The notes: generated by a model not told the origin, from the sequence alone. Shown: positions 26,562-45,645, counted from the first letter of the stretch. The stretch: 64,000 nucleotides of DNA from Amoebidium appalachense (GCA_963693365.1 CAVNZM010000004.1:9080468-9144467); one strand, 5' to 3'. A program made the numbers and translations.

Positions 26562-27350
26562 CCCCGTCTTCCCCCCCCCCCCCTCTTCCCCAATCTGCAT
26601 GCATAAGCAATATCGTCAACAATCACCGAAGTATTGAATGCACCGGGTATGGCACGCACAAAGTCAGGTCTGTCAGCCCTGTAGATTATTCGCGAGCAAC
26701 CAGCAAGGGCATGCACACACGCAGCATATACTATAAGGTCCAGACCTTTGGGGGGCTACCCCCCTCCCCCCCCCCCCCCCCCCCTCCTCCCCCCCCCCCC
26801 CTCCCTCCCTCCCTCTTGCCCGGAGAGAGAAAAAGAAAAAGGAGGAGGGGGGGGGGGGGGGGGGGGAGGAAAGAAGCCACAGGTTATGATACATTAGACT
26901 TGGAGTTTGTGCACGCCCAGGAGTTGCTCTTCTCAATTCCAGGGTTTTGGATGTGCTCAGTGGCTGTACATACCTCTTTGCATACCATCCTGCCTGTACC
27001 TGCATAGTACCACTGGTTGGTACATGCACAGACGTGAAAGTCTCGCACACTCACAAACACACATATGCACATGTACACCTGCAGGCACACAACATGCATG
27101 CACAAGGCACCCGAAGCCGTGAACCTTTCGTGGTTCTTGCGTTTTCTTTTCTCCCCCCCCCCCGTTTTTTTTCCCTTGCTGCTGTGTTGACATAAACTTA
27201 CTTCAAATTGACATGGCACCTCGAAATGCCGTTATAGACCTTATAACATAAGCTGTACAAGGTCACAAATCACACTGTCACTAATACTATATACACCCTA
27301 GCTCTCTTGGCTGGTGTGTGCAAATATGGCCAACATTAGTCCCTAACTGT

Positions 27351-27381
<31 letters not shown>

Positions 27382-28404
27382 TGATGATGGGCTCTGTTCA
27401 AAGTGTCTTCTGCCTGCACGCTTAAATTGTTTGATTTTGGATTTCCCACTTTTGTGACGTTTTGTTGTTGCTCTTTGTTGTCTCCTCCATATTTCCAACC
27501 CTCTAATGCATACATCACCCCCCCCTGCTTCTGCTTACTGCTGCAACTTTAACCCCCGGCCTTTCCCACTGCCCTTGCCTGCATAAGCAACCCTGCTCGT
27601 CTCTGATCAAGACGGGTGACCTACCCATGTTCAAGTGAAACAGTATCTGAGTTGGGTTTCGTTAACGAGGTGAATAGGTCGAAACTCGGGTACTGTGGAT
27701 GACGTGGGCCCCCCTGAGGATGGGCTCTGCTTATTATGCATACTCTTTATGTATGGCTTGCATTCTGCATCGTGTTATCCGTTTGTTCTTGTGTACTTCG
27801 TACTTTTTGACGCATTCAAACCCCCCCCCCCCCCCTGCCGCGCGGAGAACGGGCTTGGCATATTTTGTATACTCCTTATGTGTGGTTTGCACTCTGCAAT
27901 CTGTTGTCCGTTATTTATTGTGTACTTTGTACTCTATAACGCATTCTAACCCTCCCTCCCCTCCCCCCTCCCCCCCCCCCCCCCAAAAAAAAAAAGAAAA
28001 AAAGAAAAAAAGAAGGGGAAAAAAAAGCACCTTCTGTCCCTCCTGTTACGAATGGTCTTGTTTTTCTTGGCCACATTAGCCACCCCGAGTAGTCTGTTAT
28101 TTCTCTATAAATATTAACATGCTTGACCCTAGAACTATGACACGATCAGCAGCAATCCCGATAGGTGCTTTGCCCTGCCCGTTTTTGGCCAGCCATCTGC
28201 AACGGCACCACGGCCAGCCACCAAGCAGCAATTATTGGAGCAGCTGCAAAGGGGACAGGTAAGGTGTTTTTTTTTTTGGTTTTTTTTTTTTTTTTCCAGG
28301 GGAGGGGGGGGGGGGGAAGGAGGGGCAAAACAGGCAACCTTAGAGATGTGTTTGGATTGAAATATCTGTGTTTGTTCACCTCTTGTGAGCCTTGGCTCCT
28401 TCAG

Positions 28405-28476
<72 letters not shown>

Positions 28477-29159
28477 CCACACACACCTACATACACACAC
28501 ACACACACACATACACGAACACACGCACACACACACAAACACACACACACACAACCTCTCGTCCCCCTGGCCTCGGCATGCTGACAAATACACCGTGTGT
28601 AAGGTTTTGGCAGGCTGTTCTATATATAGCATTGTATCGTGTTGTGAACATTGTGCTTGGTACTTTTCCTACCTTCTATTCCTCGCTATCGTACCATCCG
28701 TCGTGCGTAAGATGCGGTTTGCTGGTCTCTTTTTAGGTCGCCAACCCCACCCCCCCCCCCCCCCCCCCCACCCCCCTTTCCCTTTCCCCGCACACACACA
28801 CACACACACACATGCTCACACACACACATGCTCACTCACATGTGCATGTGGGTGTAAAACACGAGACCACAAATTGGGGAACAATTCTGTGTGTGGCGTT
28901 TTGGCAACGAAAAATTTTCGGGCGTCATAAACGAAGCTGGAATTCTCAGAGAGCGTGTGCAATTAGCCCCTGAGGAATGGAAAGCTGTTTTTTTTTGTTT
29001 TCGTTGAATGCAGCGTGTCCATACCATGGATGCTCCCTCCCCCCCCCCCCCCCCCCCCCCCCTCCCCCCACAAGCTGATGCCCCTCCCCCTCTCCCCTCC
29101 CCCTGCCCCCCCCTCCCCCTCCCCCTCCCCTCCCCCTCCCCTCCCCCTCCTCTCCCCCC

Positions 29160-29208
<49 letters not shown>

Positions 29209-29807
29209 TCCTTATGACCCACCCATGTTCAAGTGAAGCAGCATCTGAGTTGGATTCTGTTGACGAGGTGAATGGGTCGAAACTCGGGTACTTTGGTGGA
29301 CTTGGTGGGGCCCTGATGAAGGGCTCTGCCTATGATGCACTGCCCTTTGTGTGCTCGCACTCTGCATTGTGTTGTCAAGCATTCAAATGCGTACTTTGTA
29401 TTCTGTAACACATTCTTAAAACTCCTCCCCCCTCCCCCCTCTCCCCATCCCCCCTCTCCCTCCCCCCTCCCCCCTCCCCCCTCCCCTCCCCCTTCCCCTC
29501 CTCCCCCCGCCCCTCCCCCCCGCCCCTCCCTCTCCCCCCCCCCCTTGCAGACTATTGCGCTAAACGACAGCCTTCGGCCCACACACGGTGCTGTCAATCA
29601 TCAGGCGTGGGCCGAAGCGGGCCACTGGTACCCAATCAACTACGACTATCTCTTTGAGGCATACTGTGTGCTGTCGCTGAACCGCTTGCCCATGTTCGAG
29701 GAAGGCCCTGCGACAAAGGGGTTCGAACGCATGGCTTACACCTTCTACCTTGACCAACTGGGATACGACTTTCAGGTGGGTGTTTGGGTGTGGGTGTGGG
29801 TGTGGGT

Positions 29808-29844
<37 letters not shown>

Positions 29845-30661
29845 TGTGTGTGCGTGTGTGCGTGCGTGCGTGCGTGCGAGCTTGCGTGTGTGCGAGCTTG
29901 CGTGCGTGCGTGCCTTCTGTGCGTGTGTGTGCCGGGGGGGGGGGGGGGGGGGGGGGGGGGTTGCACCCGTGCGTTTTTCCAGCGTTGGTCACGAACATTA
30001 TGAGCATTTTCGTGCATGGCTTCAAGTGTTGCATGTTTTGCTTGTAGCAGCAGGTTGAGCTTTATTGTTGGCTTTCGGCAACACGTTTAGGTCATCATCA
30101 TCGACCACTTTGAAGTTCGTTTTTTTGAGGTTGGAACAAACCAGACGTGGTTTTCATATTTGCACATCCTGACCTCTTATCAACCAACCCCAGTTGCCCA
30201 TTTGCCAATAGTCTTTTGGGAAAATTTATATCGTATAAAAATTCAGATTCCAAGAATTACTACCGTACTTATACTGGCCGATCACACACCCATGTTTGCA
30301 TTCCTGGCGTATATGTCATCATTTCTCACGAAATCTTCCAAAATCGCTTAAGTTTTTAATATAAAAAGGGAAATGTCACCATATATAAGCAAAGCCAATA
30401 ACGCAGTCTGGTGTCAATATGACGTAATACAGTGACGTCAAAATGTCATCACACCCTGATACATAATTGTTGGCATGGGGTATTTAGAATGGGACCACGG
30501 CTAATCGAACCCTCCTTTTTTTCCCCCTGTCTGTGCAGGTTGTTTCCGGCCAGTTTCTGATCGACACAAAACGCACCAGCGCCGAGGAGGACCCCCAGCC
30601 AGAGTGGCAAAACAGGTGGTACAGCTACATGTTTGAGTTCGGCAAGCTGCATTTGTCGTAG
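23872..30661 (+). CDS. Two-domain type II membrane glycosyltransferase: RAY1-N/bacterial GT-A-like domain plus C-terminal LARGE/GT49-like domain, ~602 aa, 5 exons
   Basis: Exons 23872-25045, 26280-26440, 28133-28258, 29551-29775 and 30539-30661 are all in phase; the start ATG is uncertain (23776/23857/23872). TM FFVCAVIYFLMF. Domain 1: ITVVSTPKEF, QRNAINSW, FGTPLISGLF, LYVNSDIML, DYFGF, IPKFALGRMVWDQWL, VDAT..LHMLHDY. Domain 2 is collinear with the LARGE GT49 domain: SRWTGPAVLL, TEHVLFLDSNMVPS, ALPVF, PATKQQLL, HGAVNHQAW, YPINYDYLFEAY, LGYDFQVV. Confidence 0.82.
27378..27518 (+). repeat. Intronic repeat subtype C (CCTGATGATGGGCTCTG start, different tail)
   Basis: Matches the reverse complements at 5160-5292, 15353-15790 (interrupted) and 4131-4232 (decayed). 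Confidence 0.8.
27572..27820 (+). repeat. Intronic structured repeat, full-length subtype A (kink-turn head plus tail ending CGCATTCAAA-polyC)
   Basis: Shares its head with 62692-62974. Its 3' ~150 nt are nearly identical to 44466-44614. Predicted helices are given in findings. Confidence 0.85.
29214..29420 (+). repeat. Intronic structured repeat, diverged subtype A
   Basis: TGACCCACCCATGTTCAAGTGAAGCAGCATCTGAGTT...GGTCGAAACTCGGGTACT...CCCTGATGAAGGGCTCTG. Confidence 0.75.
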
Positions 30662-31152
30662 TATTGCTTGGGTAATTACTTGGTTTTAATTATGAGATGC
30701 CTAGCATTTGGATGTTCTGACCTCGAACGCTTGTGTACTGTACACATTAAACTCTTAAAGACTTACCGGCCTAGACAGTCGAGTGCGCGTAAAAGTGTAT
30801 CATATATAATATAAATCTTGTTGTAACGTTCGTGTACGTACACCCCAGCAGGCTTTTGCTTGTTCACACACTTTAAGGTACACGGGCCGTGCCGCAATAG
30901 GCACACACACACATAAACACAATGTTACATGCAAATGCACGCATGGAGGCATGCATAGAGCAAGAGCAATCGAGTCAAATCTACAGTAGAAGATGCCCCT
31001 GTATAATTTTGGGGACCCTTATAGTCTTAACTCTTTTGACTTCTTTATCCGTGAAAGGTTCGATTATCATAGCTTTCCTGTGTCGATGTAACAATAGTTG
31101 ACTGTAGGTCAACCGTAACAGATGGTAAGTATTGCTTCCAAATACAATACCC

Positions 31153-31213
<61 letters not shown>

Positions 31214-32479
31214 TCACATTATGATAGTAGTGCAGCGTCTAACGTAGCGAGCCGCATGCCCCTGGCTATGCCAGTTGAGCTGGCATGATGAACCATACTA
31301 CCTGGTATCCGTACCCGCAGGCGGGGGAATACAATATAATAGTGTAGTATGCTTTCGGCCGCAGAGCCTCGTGCTTTGCCTTGGGTTCGAAGACGAGCGT
31401 TGCCCATTTATTTCTCTCTCTATGCTGGGTTACCCCCCCAAGCCAACCACCCACCCCAACCCCACCCGGGGTGCCCCACACATCCCCGCCGTATGACCCC
31501 TCCATCCTTCTATTAGACTTACATTTATGCACTTTTGTCTTCCCGGCATGTGAATATGGTTTACCCCTTCTCGCCGCTTGGATCAAGAAAGAGAGAACTA
31601 GAGCGCTTAAACCCTTGGCAAATTTCCTTGAAGCAGAAGTTGCCTCCTTTCTATCTAACAACTGTTGTAAACCTGGGCCTGTAACGCTCTCGATGTATGG
31701 TCTGGTCCCAATAGCTGCTAGAGTATCCCATCTCGCGCTGATATTCAATAAGCACATAAGCCGCTTAAAGAAGTATTTGCCCTCCCACCCTCTCTTCTCT
31801 ATCCGACCTGTCCCCTCATCACCTCTCCCCTCTTTCCTTCCCTCTCTCTCTCCTTTTCCCCCGGGCACAAATACAAATAAACCCCGCAAAAGTGTGCGTG
31901 TGACTTTGGACTGCCACTTACTTATTAGACATGTACACAATCACAAGATAAATTAAGCAATATAACAAATGGAAAAAGATACCACGCGACACCAGACCCG
32001 ATGAAAGCATACACCTTGAAAAACTAAGCCTTATGTCTCGTTTTATATATAATGACCGCCTTAACCATATTGCCAAATATGACACTCGCAAATGTGTAAC
32101 ACCTAAATACATATTACCTTCCTGTAGAATTGGTCTTTCTCTAGCTGATGGTATTATTGATCACATACCACGCTTTTACTGTACACGTGCTATACAGTGG
32201 AGATCTAATAAGTATAAGGTGGCATCGTTTGCATGCCCAAACAACACACACACACACCAGTTTAAACGGTCGTGATCGCCAAATGTAGTTTGATAGACCA
32301 CATAATACCGCAACACACACACGTCACATTCACAACAGACACCCAGAAAGATAGCCTACCTGAAAATTACAACATCCTTGATTTTATACTAATTAACACG
32401 TGAAACTACGACCTGTTTATTAGATGTATTGATTGGCTTGAGAAACACATCATTACAAAATTCTAGCGCGCACGCGCGC

Positions 32480-32543
<64 letters not shown>

Positions 32544-32576
32544 CCAGCTGATACCGAGTGTCCCAGGGGAGCCCGG

Positions 32577-32612
<36 letters not shown>

Positions 32613-33810
32613 GGGGAACCCCAACTAATTGATTTTTCTTAGTCTTTATGGTGTCACGTAGAGAAAGTAAACCCTGATATATAATCATCACCCGACAGCT
32701 CATGATGTACGTGATCATGATATACCGCTGAGGGGATATTCCGAGCAAAAACCCCCCATACCTGAGACTGGTCTCTCTTTGCCTTGAGTAAACAGCGTAA
32801 ACCCCACACTATTTTTTTTTTTTCACATAAAAGTGATAATTACATGATGTATACGTACTAGGTAGTCTGGCCAAGGCTATGTACCCGCTGGCTTACGTAA
32901 GTGGCCGGGGCGGCCTACGACGATGTCGCCTGTGGCAACATACAAGGTATGTTGTAGGCCGCAGGGAGACAGCACTCAAAGTGACTACGTACTAGGGAGG
33001 GCCACGGATGATCTCTGAACTTCGGGGCGGCCGCGGGGCAGGGCCCCGGGGGGGGGATGACATTGATATGATCATATTGATCATGCCTTAGTAACAAAAT
33101 CACGACCGCAGCGTAACGTCCAGTTGCAATTAAGCATCTGTTAGTTTAGTGAGGTACATACGGTCTTGACTTCTTGTGTGCACGTGCGCGTCAATTGCGT
33201 TCGTACTGCTCAGATCGATAGGCCTAGGAGGGGCTCACTGTGAGGTAGAATACATGTGCACGTGACCGATCGAAGGGCTGTGTACAAAGACTCGCATAAT
33301 TCATTATGTCATTGATCATAAGTTGTATATATTACACACAAACAGGCCTTCGGTATGCATGGAATGTGCCCCACGGGAGCCTTTTGAGGTACATGTACAA
33401 ACTATAGCAGACCATATTACTAACGCCGGGTATCTGTTAGAATTCTGCACAGTCTTAGATACCTTTTTGTATGTACTCTTTAACAACAAAGACGTCCTCG
33501 AATCATTTTTGATGAATTAACTGCACGTGAAGTGTCCATATGTGTGTTCTGCGTGAGCTATCAATACCATAAAATGTAAGGGCATGGACATGCACGAATG
33601 ACTGTGAGTGAGTACACTAATGTGTATTTAGTACTAGTAGGAGGGCGTATGGATGAACTTGCAGGATGTGTATAAGGGATGTAAGCCATGAATTGATAAA
33701 ATATTCGGTTGGTATTTCACGGGGGAATCCTAGATGCATCTATGCTCTCTCCCCTAAATGGTCCTATTACATAGTAACACAGTAATCTTTAAGATTCGAT
33801 ATTGTATGCC

Positions 33811-40535
<6,725 letters not shown>

Positions 40536-41149
40536 ATTGAACAAAAGAAAAGGGGCCCGACTGTGCCCTCCCGCTCTCTCTGTTTGACTGCGTACTAGCC
40601 AACTTCACTTATGTTTAGCTGATGGCCTAAGACTGAAACGTGTGAAGTACTACTTCGGAAACGAGCAATGCGCCTGCCAGCTTGTAGCGTTTGAACCATC
40701 GGAACAGAGATGTCCCACAGCAACGCGCCCTGCCCCCCTAGAGCAATCTAAGAGTCAAAATTCATATTCTGGATATGTTTTACCCAATATTCGAACCCAC
40801 AACTTGAATAACTCTGCATGCGAGATGGAGTACGGCTTGTTGACATAAGGTTTTCCACTAGCAGGTTTAGAACCGTGAAAATAAGATTTATGCTAATATA
40901 CTGTCAATGTTTACGGGGGTGTCTAACGCATCTATGTTACAAATCAAAAAGGCAAAAGTGTATCAAAACTCAAAAGGCGTTCAACGAACCGTTCTTATCA
41001 GAATTCTTTGGTGTGGATATTTCTTCTTTTCCTGGATATAGAAGACCGAAACCTCACTCTAGGACCCCATTCACCTGCCCTGCTGATTGGCTACTTAAGC
41101 AAACCACCAATGAGATGCATCGGGCTGGCGGCCGGCCGGGGCCCGCGGC

Positions 41150-41463
41150 CAGGGGTGTGGCAGAGCCTCGATGACTTGACTTGACTTATAATTATAATTG
41201 TTTGCTGGGTTTGATGACTTGACTTGACTTGAAGTCGCGACTTGGAGAGGTACTATTTTTAGTAACTCCTCCGGCCGGCTGGGCCACGGGCGGGCATTGC
41301 GCCCCCACTTCTCATGCAAACTCCTACGCTTCACCGCCCCAAGCCCCCCTCCCCCCATCAAGTCACTCCTATGTCCGGCCTCAGGGCCTGACTTGACTTG
41401 GTTGAAGTCAGGGTGCTTAGTGACTTCAAGTCGCGACTTTGAAGTCAAGTCGCCACACCCCTG
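41150..41463. mobile_element. hAT-type MITE (314 bp)
   Basis: Perfect 12-bp TIRs CAGGGGTGTGGC/GCCACACCCCTG. Perfect 8-bp TSD CCCGCGGC at 41142-41149 and 41464-41471. Subterminal GACTT repeats. Confidence 0.92.
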
Positions 41464-41798
41464 CCCGCGGCCCAGCGCGCCGGCCAGCGGTTGACCGAGC
41501 ACGATTTTTTGCAGTTTGAAAAACAAAGAGCCGAGGGTAAACATCGATAACGGTGTTATATAATTATGAAGTTTGAGCAGCAGACATACCATAATTTGCA
41601 CACACACTGAAAGAAGTCATCTGGGAGGGCGATTACGAACTCGCTGTTTTAAGTTTCCCAGGGCTCATCTACATAGGGGATGGGATTTTCAGAAACACTA
41701 AGGCACCGATATCCAGCCTCCTTTCGTTCGTCTTTTCTTTCTTCTTCAGTTTTGGCAACCGTTTGGCGTGTGTTGATAATAAAAAACCCTTGCTATTT

Positions 41799-41836
<38 letters not shown>

Positions 41837-42257
41837 CGCCCTCTCTCCCCTCCCCAAATCTTGTCACAACATATTGCAGAAAATTCTCAGTCGACGCCCT
41901 GAATTCGAAGCCTAAGCCTTGCAAGCTCTCCCGGTGCCCCCCTCGAGCTCCACCCCCCCTTCCCCCCCCCCTCCCCCTCTGGGCTCCCCATCTCCAACAT
42001 ACACAAACAAACAACCCCGCCCGCCGCCGCTATCCTTGCTGCTCTCTCCGCCGACCTTTTTACTAGTGGCTCACACTAATTTCTCTCCCTCACTTCCCCA
42101 ACCCACCAACATCTACCATATCTTCTTCAATCGATCAGTGCTTGCAATTATTATGACTGGTGCTAAGCTACACGCGTGCTCACCGAGTGCACATGCGTAT
42201 GCGCGTGCGCGTGCGTGTGCACGTGTAATGTGTAGGTTTACCAACCCCCCCCCCCCC

Positions 42258-42301
<44 letters not shown>

Positions 42302-42535
42302 AAAAATAAAAAATCCGCTGTTGCAATTGTGTGCCGGTTGTGTGTAATGCACATCCAATCAAATCACAGATCTAAAATACATATCACATGTGCATCTGTT
42401 CAACCGACAGGCCGAAAACGGTAAACTTTGGCGCGGTGTGTTTATTTTTTTTGTTTCGTTTCCTTTTGCCTTTTCTCAAAGCACACACCTCACGCGATAA
42501 GACCATTTTGCACGTCTGAACGGCTGTTAGCTAGC

Positions 42536-43636
42536 ATGGCGGTCAGCCTGAACCGTTCGCTTGTGCACTTCAAGGGAAACTCCCTGCAGACGCTGGTTGT
42601 TGCAGTGTTTGCGTGCTTTCTGGTGGTCACTCTCTTTTCCTTTTCCCATAGAACGACCATAACAAGAAATGAAGAGAGTACTTTGTCTCCCACAAAACCC
42701 GCCGCCAACGGAGAAAAGGCAGAAGACGCCTTAAAAAGCACCGAGCATGACGTAGGGGACGATGTTGGCGATCGCTCATATAAGCTTCACCAAAAGGCAA
42801 TGCGTTTTTACCACAACAACGGGACAGAATGGAACCGGGACATTCGTGAGTCCTGGTGGAACGAGGACACGATGGACTTCTGGAAGAACGATGAGGTGCA
42901 CAAGCTAGTCGACCCCATCCTGGACACGTACAAGAAGTCCTCATGGATAACAGTCGGCGACGGGCGGTATGGGACAGATGCACGTTATTTTTTCAAGAAG
43001 GGGTACGATGTTACTGCTACAGACATAGTTGACGACATGTTGGCAGTGGCTAGTGAGCGCAAATTTATCGGAAAACACCGTGCACTGAACGCAGAGAATA
43101 CCGGTTTGCCGTCTGGCACGTATGACTTTGTGTACATCAAAGAAGCCGTCCACCACTTCCCTCGCCCCCACAGCGCCTTGCACGAGTTGTTGCGTATTTC
43201 CAAGCACGGCCTCATGTTTACCGAACCTTTCAGCAAAGGAATAGAGGGCAGTCCTGGCCCTGAAGGTGCTAATTTAGACCCGGCACGTCATGTTTGGGAA
43301 GGAAATGGCAACTACGTGTGGAGAACTAACGCCGATGAAATGCTTCGTGTCGCGCTGGCAGCATCGCTCGAAGCAGTGGCATTCAAAGGTTCATACGAGT
43401 ATTGTTGCTTTGAGAATCTCGAATTTGAAAAGGCTGTAGAATCTAATCCTAAGTTTGTCGAGTTTAGAACCAAGCAGGCAGAAGGGAACAAGGGAAAGAC
43501 ATGGAACCTTATTTCTGTTCTGTTTTTGAAGTCTGCGCAGGCACGTTGCGATTTGGCCGAGCCTCTGCGGAAGGCTGGGTGGAATTTCATTGACGTTCCA
43601 TGGCATCCACGTCTTGGTCAAAAGAGATCTTGCTAG
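42536..43636 (+). CDS. Intronless type II membrane class I SAM-dependent methyltransferase (MTase 3), 366 aa
   Basis: Single ORF from ATG 42536. TM LVVAVFACFLVVTLFSF. Variant motif I WITVGDGRYGTDA, then VTATDI, LNAENTGLPSGTYDFVYIKEAVHHFPRPHSALHELLRIS (Methyltransf_11-like). Confidence 0.9.
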   Translation: MAVSLNRSLVHFKGNSLQTLVVAVFACFLVVTLFSFSHRTTITRNEESTLSPTKPAANGEKAEDALKSTEHDVGDDVGDRSYKLHQKAMRFYHNNGTEWNRDIRESWWNEDTMDFWKNDEVHKLVDPILDTYKKSSWITVGDGRYGTDARYFFKKGYDVTATDIVDDMLAVASERKFIGKHRALNAENTGLPSGTYDFVYIKEAVHHFPRPHSALHELLRISKHGLMFTEPFSKGIEGSPGPEGANLDPARHVWEGNGNYVWRTNADEMLRVALAASLEAVAFKGSYEYCCFENLEFEKAVESNPKFVEFRTKQAEGNKGKTWNLISVLFLKSAQARCDLAEPLRKAGWNFIDVPWHPRLGQKRSC

Positions 43637-44465
43637 TCCTTTTTTTTTTGCGCCCTTTTTAGGTTTCAACCGCTTCCCAAATGTTCTGTTTTCCTTCTCA
43701 AACAGTGAGTACCATTAACTTTGTCCCTTGCCACGTCTACGTAGACGGCATGACCTTGCTTCTCACCGAAACGCGTGCACACTAAGAGCACACAGGCAAT
43801 TCAGCACTTACGAACATACAAACATCCACGAAGAGAAAGGGGAGGGAGGGGGGGGGGGGGGGAGGTGGGTGAGTGAGAGAGAGCGAGAGAGAGAGAACTA
43901 CTCACACGATGTAGATACTAACACTCTGTAGATACTCTTGATACATAAGGTGGTTGGGAAATTCTCCTTGTGCAGAGTGTTTGCCTTCCTGCGTTAGGTT
44001 AGTGACTGGACTCTGCCATCTTACACAGCGTTTAAATAATGTGCACTAATACAGAACACAAGAAAATAGTAGGTTGAACTCCAAATTTATTCTTCGTGTG
44101 CATTGTTAATATACACAAGCACTTCGACCAAATGCAAAGTAGAGTCGGTAATGCTGAAGACTAATTAATATTATCTTGAAACAATAGCAAGGCTTTGTTT
44201 TGTATATATAATGCTGTGATGGCATTACGTGTTGTGCGTTGTTCGAGCACATATATATAACATTCGGCCCATAAAAATCATATATGAGGCTAATCTACTA
44301 ACATTTTATGTGGTGCTGCGATGATGTACATATCTATTGATCAGGAGTGCGCGTATAGTAGCAAGAAACAGAACCCACTAACGTTTGTGGACATCTTGCC
44401 AGCAGGGCAGTTCAGATCCCCCCCAACCCTCCGACCCCGAACGCCCCCCCCCCCCCCCCCAGGGG

Positions 44466-44614
44466 AATAGGTCGAAACTCGGGTACTGTGGATGACGTGG
44501 GCCCCCCCTGAGGATGGGCTCTGCTTATTATGCATACTCTTTATGTATGGCTTGCATTCTGCATCGTGTTATCCGTTTGTTCTTGTGTACTTCGTACTTT
44601 TTGACGCATTCAAA
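44466..44614 (+). repeat. Structured repeat subtype A (5'-truncated), downstream of MTase 3
   Basis: Essentially identical to 27672-27820. Confidence 0.85.
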
Positions 44615-44669
44615 ACCCCCTTCCCACTGGACCCCGACCCCCCCTTCCTCTCATACACACATACACACG

Positions 44670-44712
<43 letters not shown>

Positions 44713-45397
44713 ACCGTAGGCTGACAAAAAAGCACATTCACTGGGCCATTTATATATATTATGTAAATAAGTATGAACGGGGGGTCCCTAGGCCCGGCGC
44801 CGGATAGGTATACATATATAGGATAGATCTACAAAGGATAGATATATGGAAGTAAAAACTTTATTTTCTTCAATTACAATCGTGTAAATTAGCTACTAAA
44901 GTTTCTCCTTCCTCTCGTGGCCTACCACAATTACTGATTTTACAATTCTAACCCCTTCTTGTGATATTGCCTAGAAATGTTTGTTTTCGCGTTGTAACCT
45001 TTGTTTCCATAAATGTTTGTGCCACTTTTGTGCAGAACCTTTTTCTCGTAAACATCTAGATAGATGTATTTATTCATCTCCTGCAGATTATTCCGTTAGA
45101 ACTTAGAAGACTGGCTTATTTAGATAATCCTGATATTTTGTGTCCCATAATATTCAGTAATGTTCTCTTCGAAGTTTGTCTACACCAGCTCAGACTTAAG
45201 TATCACTGCACGCACATACTAATATTAGTATGTATAGCGCACGCGATCCATCTCACACTGTGGTCGACCTCACACGGTGTGTCATCAGTACTATTAAAAC
45301 ATGCTCGAGTTTCGCTGCACGGTGGCCCCGATTATTTCCCATTGGATACTATGATGCTCGTGGTCCCGATTTGGGATTATTGATTTGGAAACACGGT

Positions 45398-45438
<41 letters not shown>

Positions 45439-45548
45439 CCACCTCTCCGGGAGCCGCTGGCAGTGGCCCGGTGGGGAGGACCCACCACACACACTAATTA
45501 TAAGTAATCATTATGTAGATGGGTCCTCTCCCTTCCTCCCTCTCCTTC

Positions 45549-45591
<43 letters not shown>

Positions 45592-45645
45592 ACCCCCACC
45601 CCCAATTGCCACCCCTCCCCCCCTCCTGGAGGGCCTATGTCAGAT

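Noticed and set aside
27624-27708. SECIS element
   Set aside because: The GUGAA/GGAU core resembles SECIS, but the helix is 14 bp with no apical AA. The copies are intronic and no in-frame UGA was needed in the gene models.
27640-27730. Hammerhead ribozyme in the repeat (CUGANGA with variable N; CGAAAC-UCGG-GUA)
   Set aside because: Core-like words are present, but I could not form stems I and II in any topology and subtype B lacks the arrangement. An in vitro cleavage test would settle it.
27572-27740. 5S rRNA-derived SINE, or a TPP/SAM riboswitch
   Set aside because: Only short scattered word matches; the pairing scheme and conserved boxes do not fit.
30980-32280. Possible LINE C-terminal fragments (for example minus-strand 31560-31780)
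   Set aside because: The text looks protein-like but has no RT or endonuclease motif that I can support.
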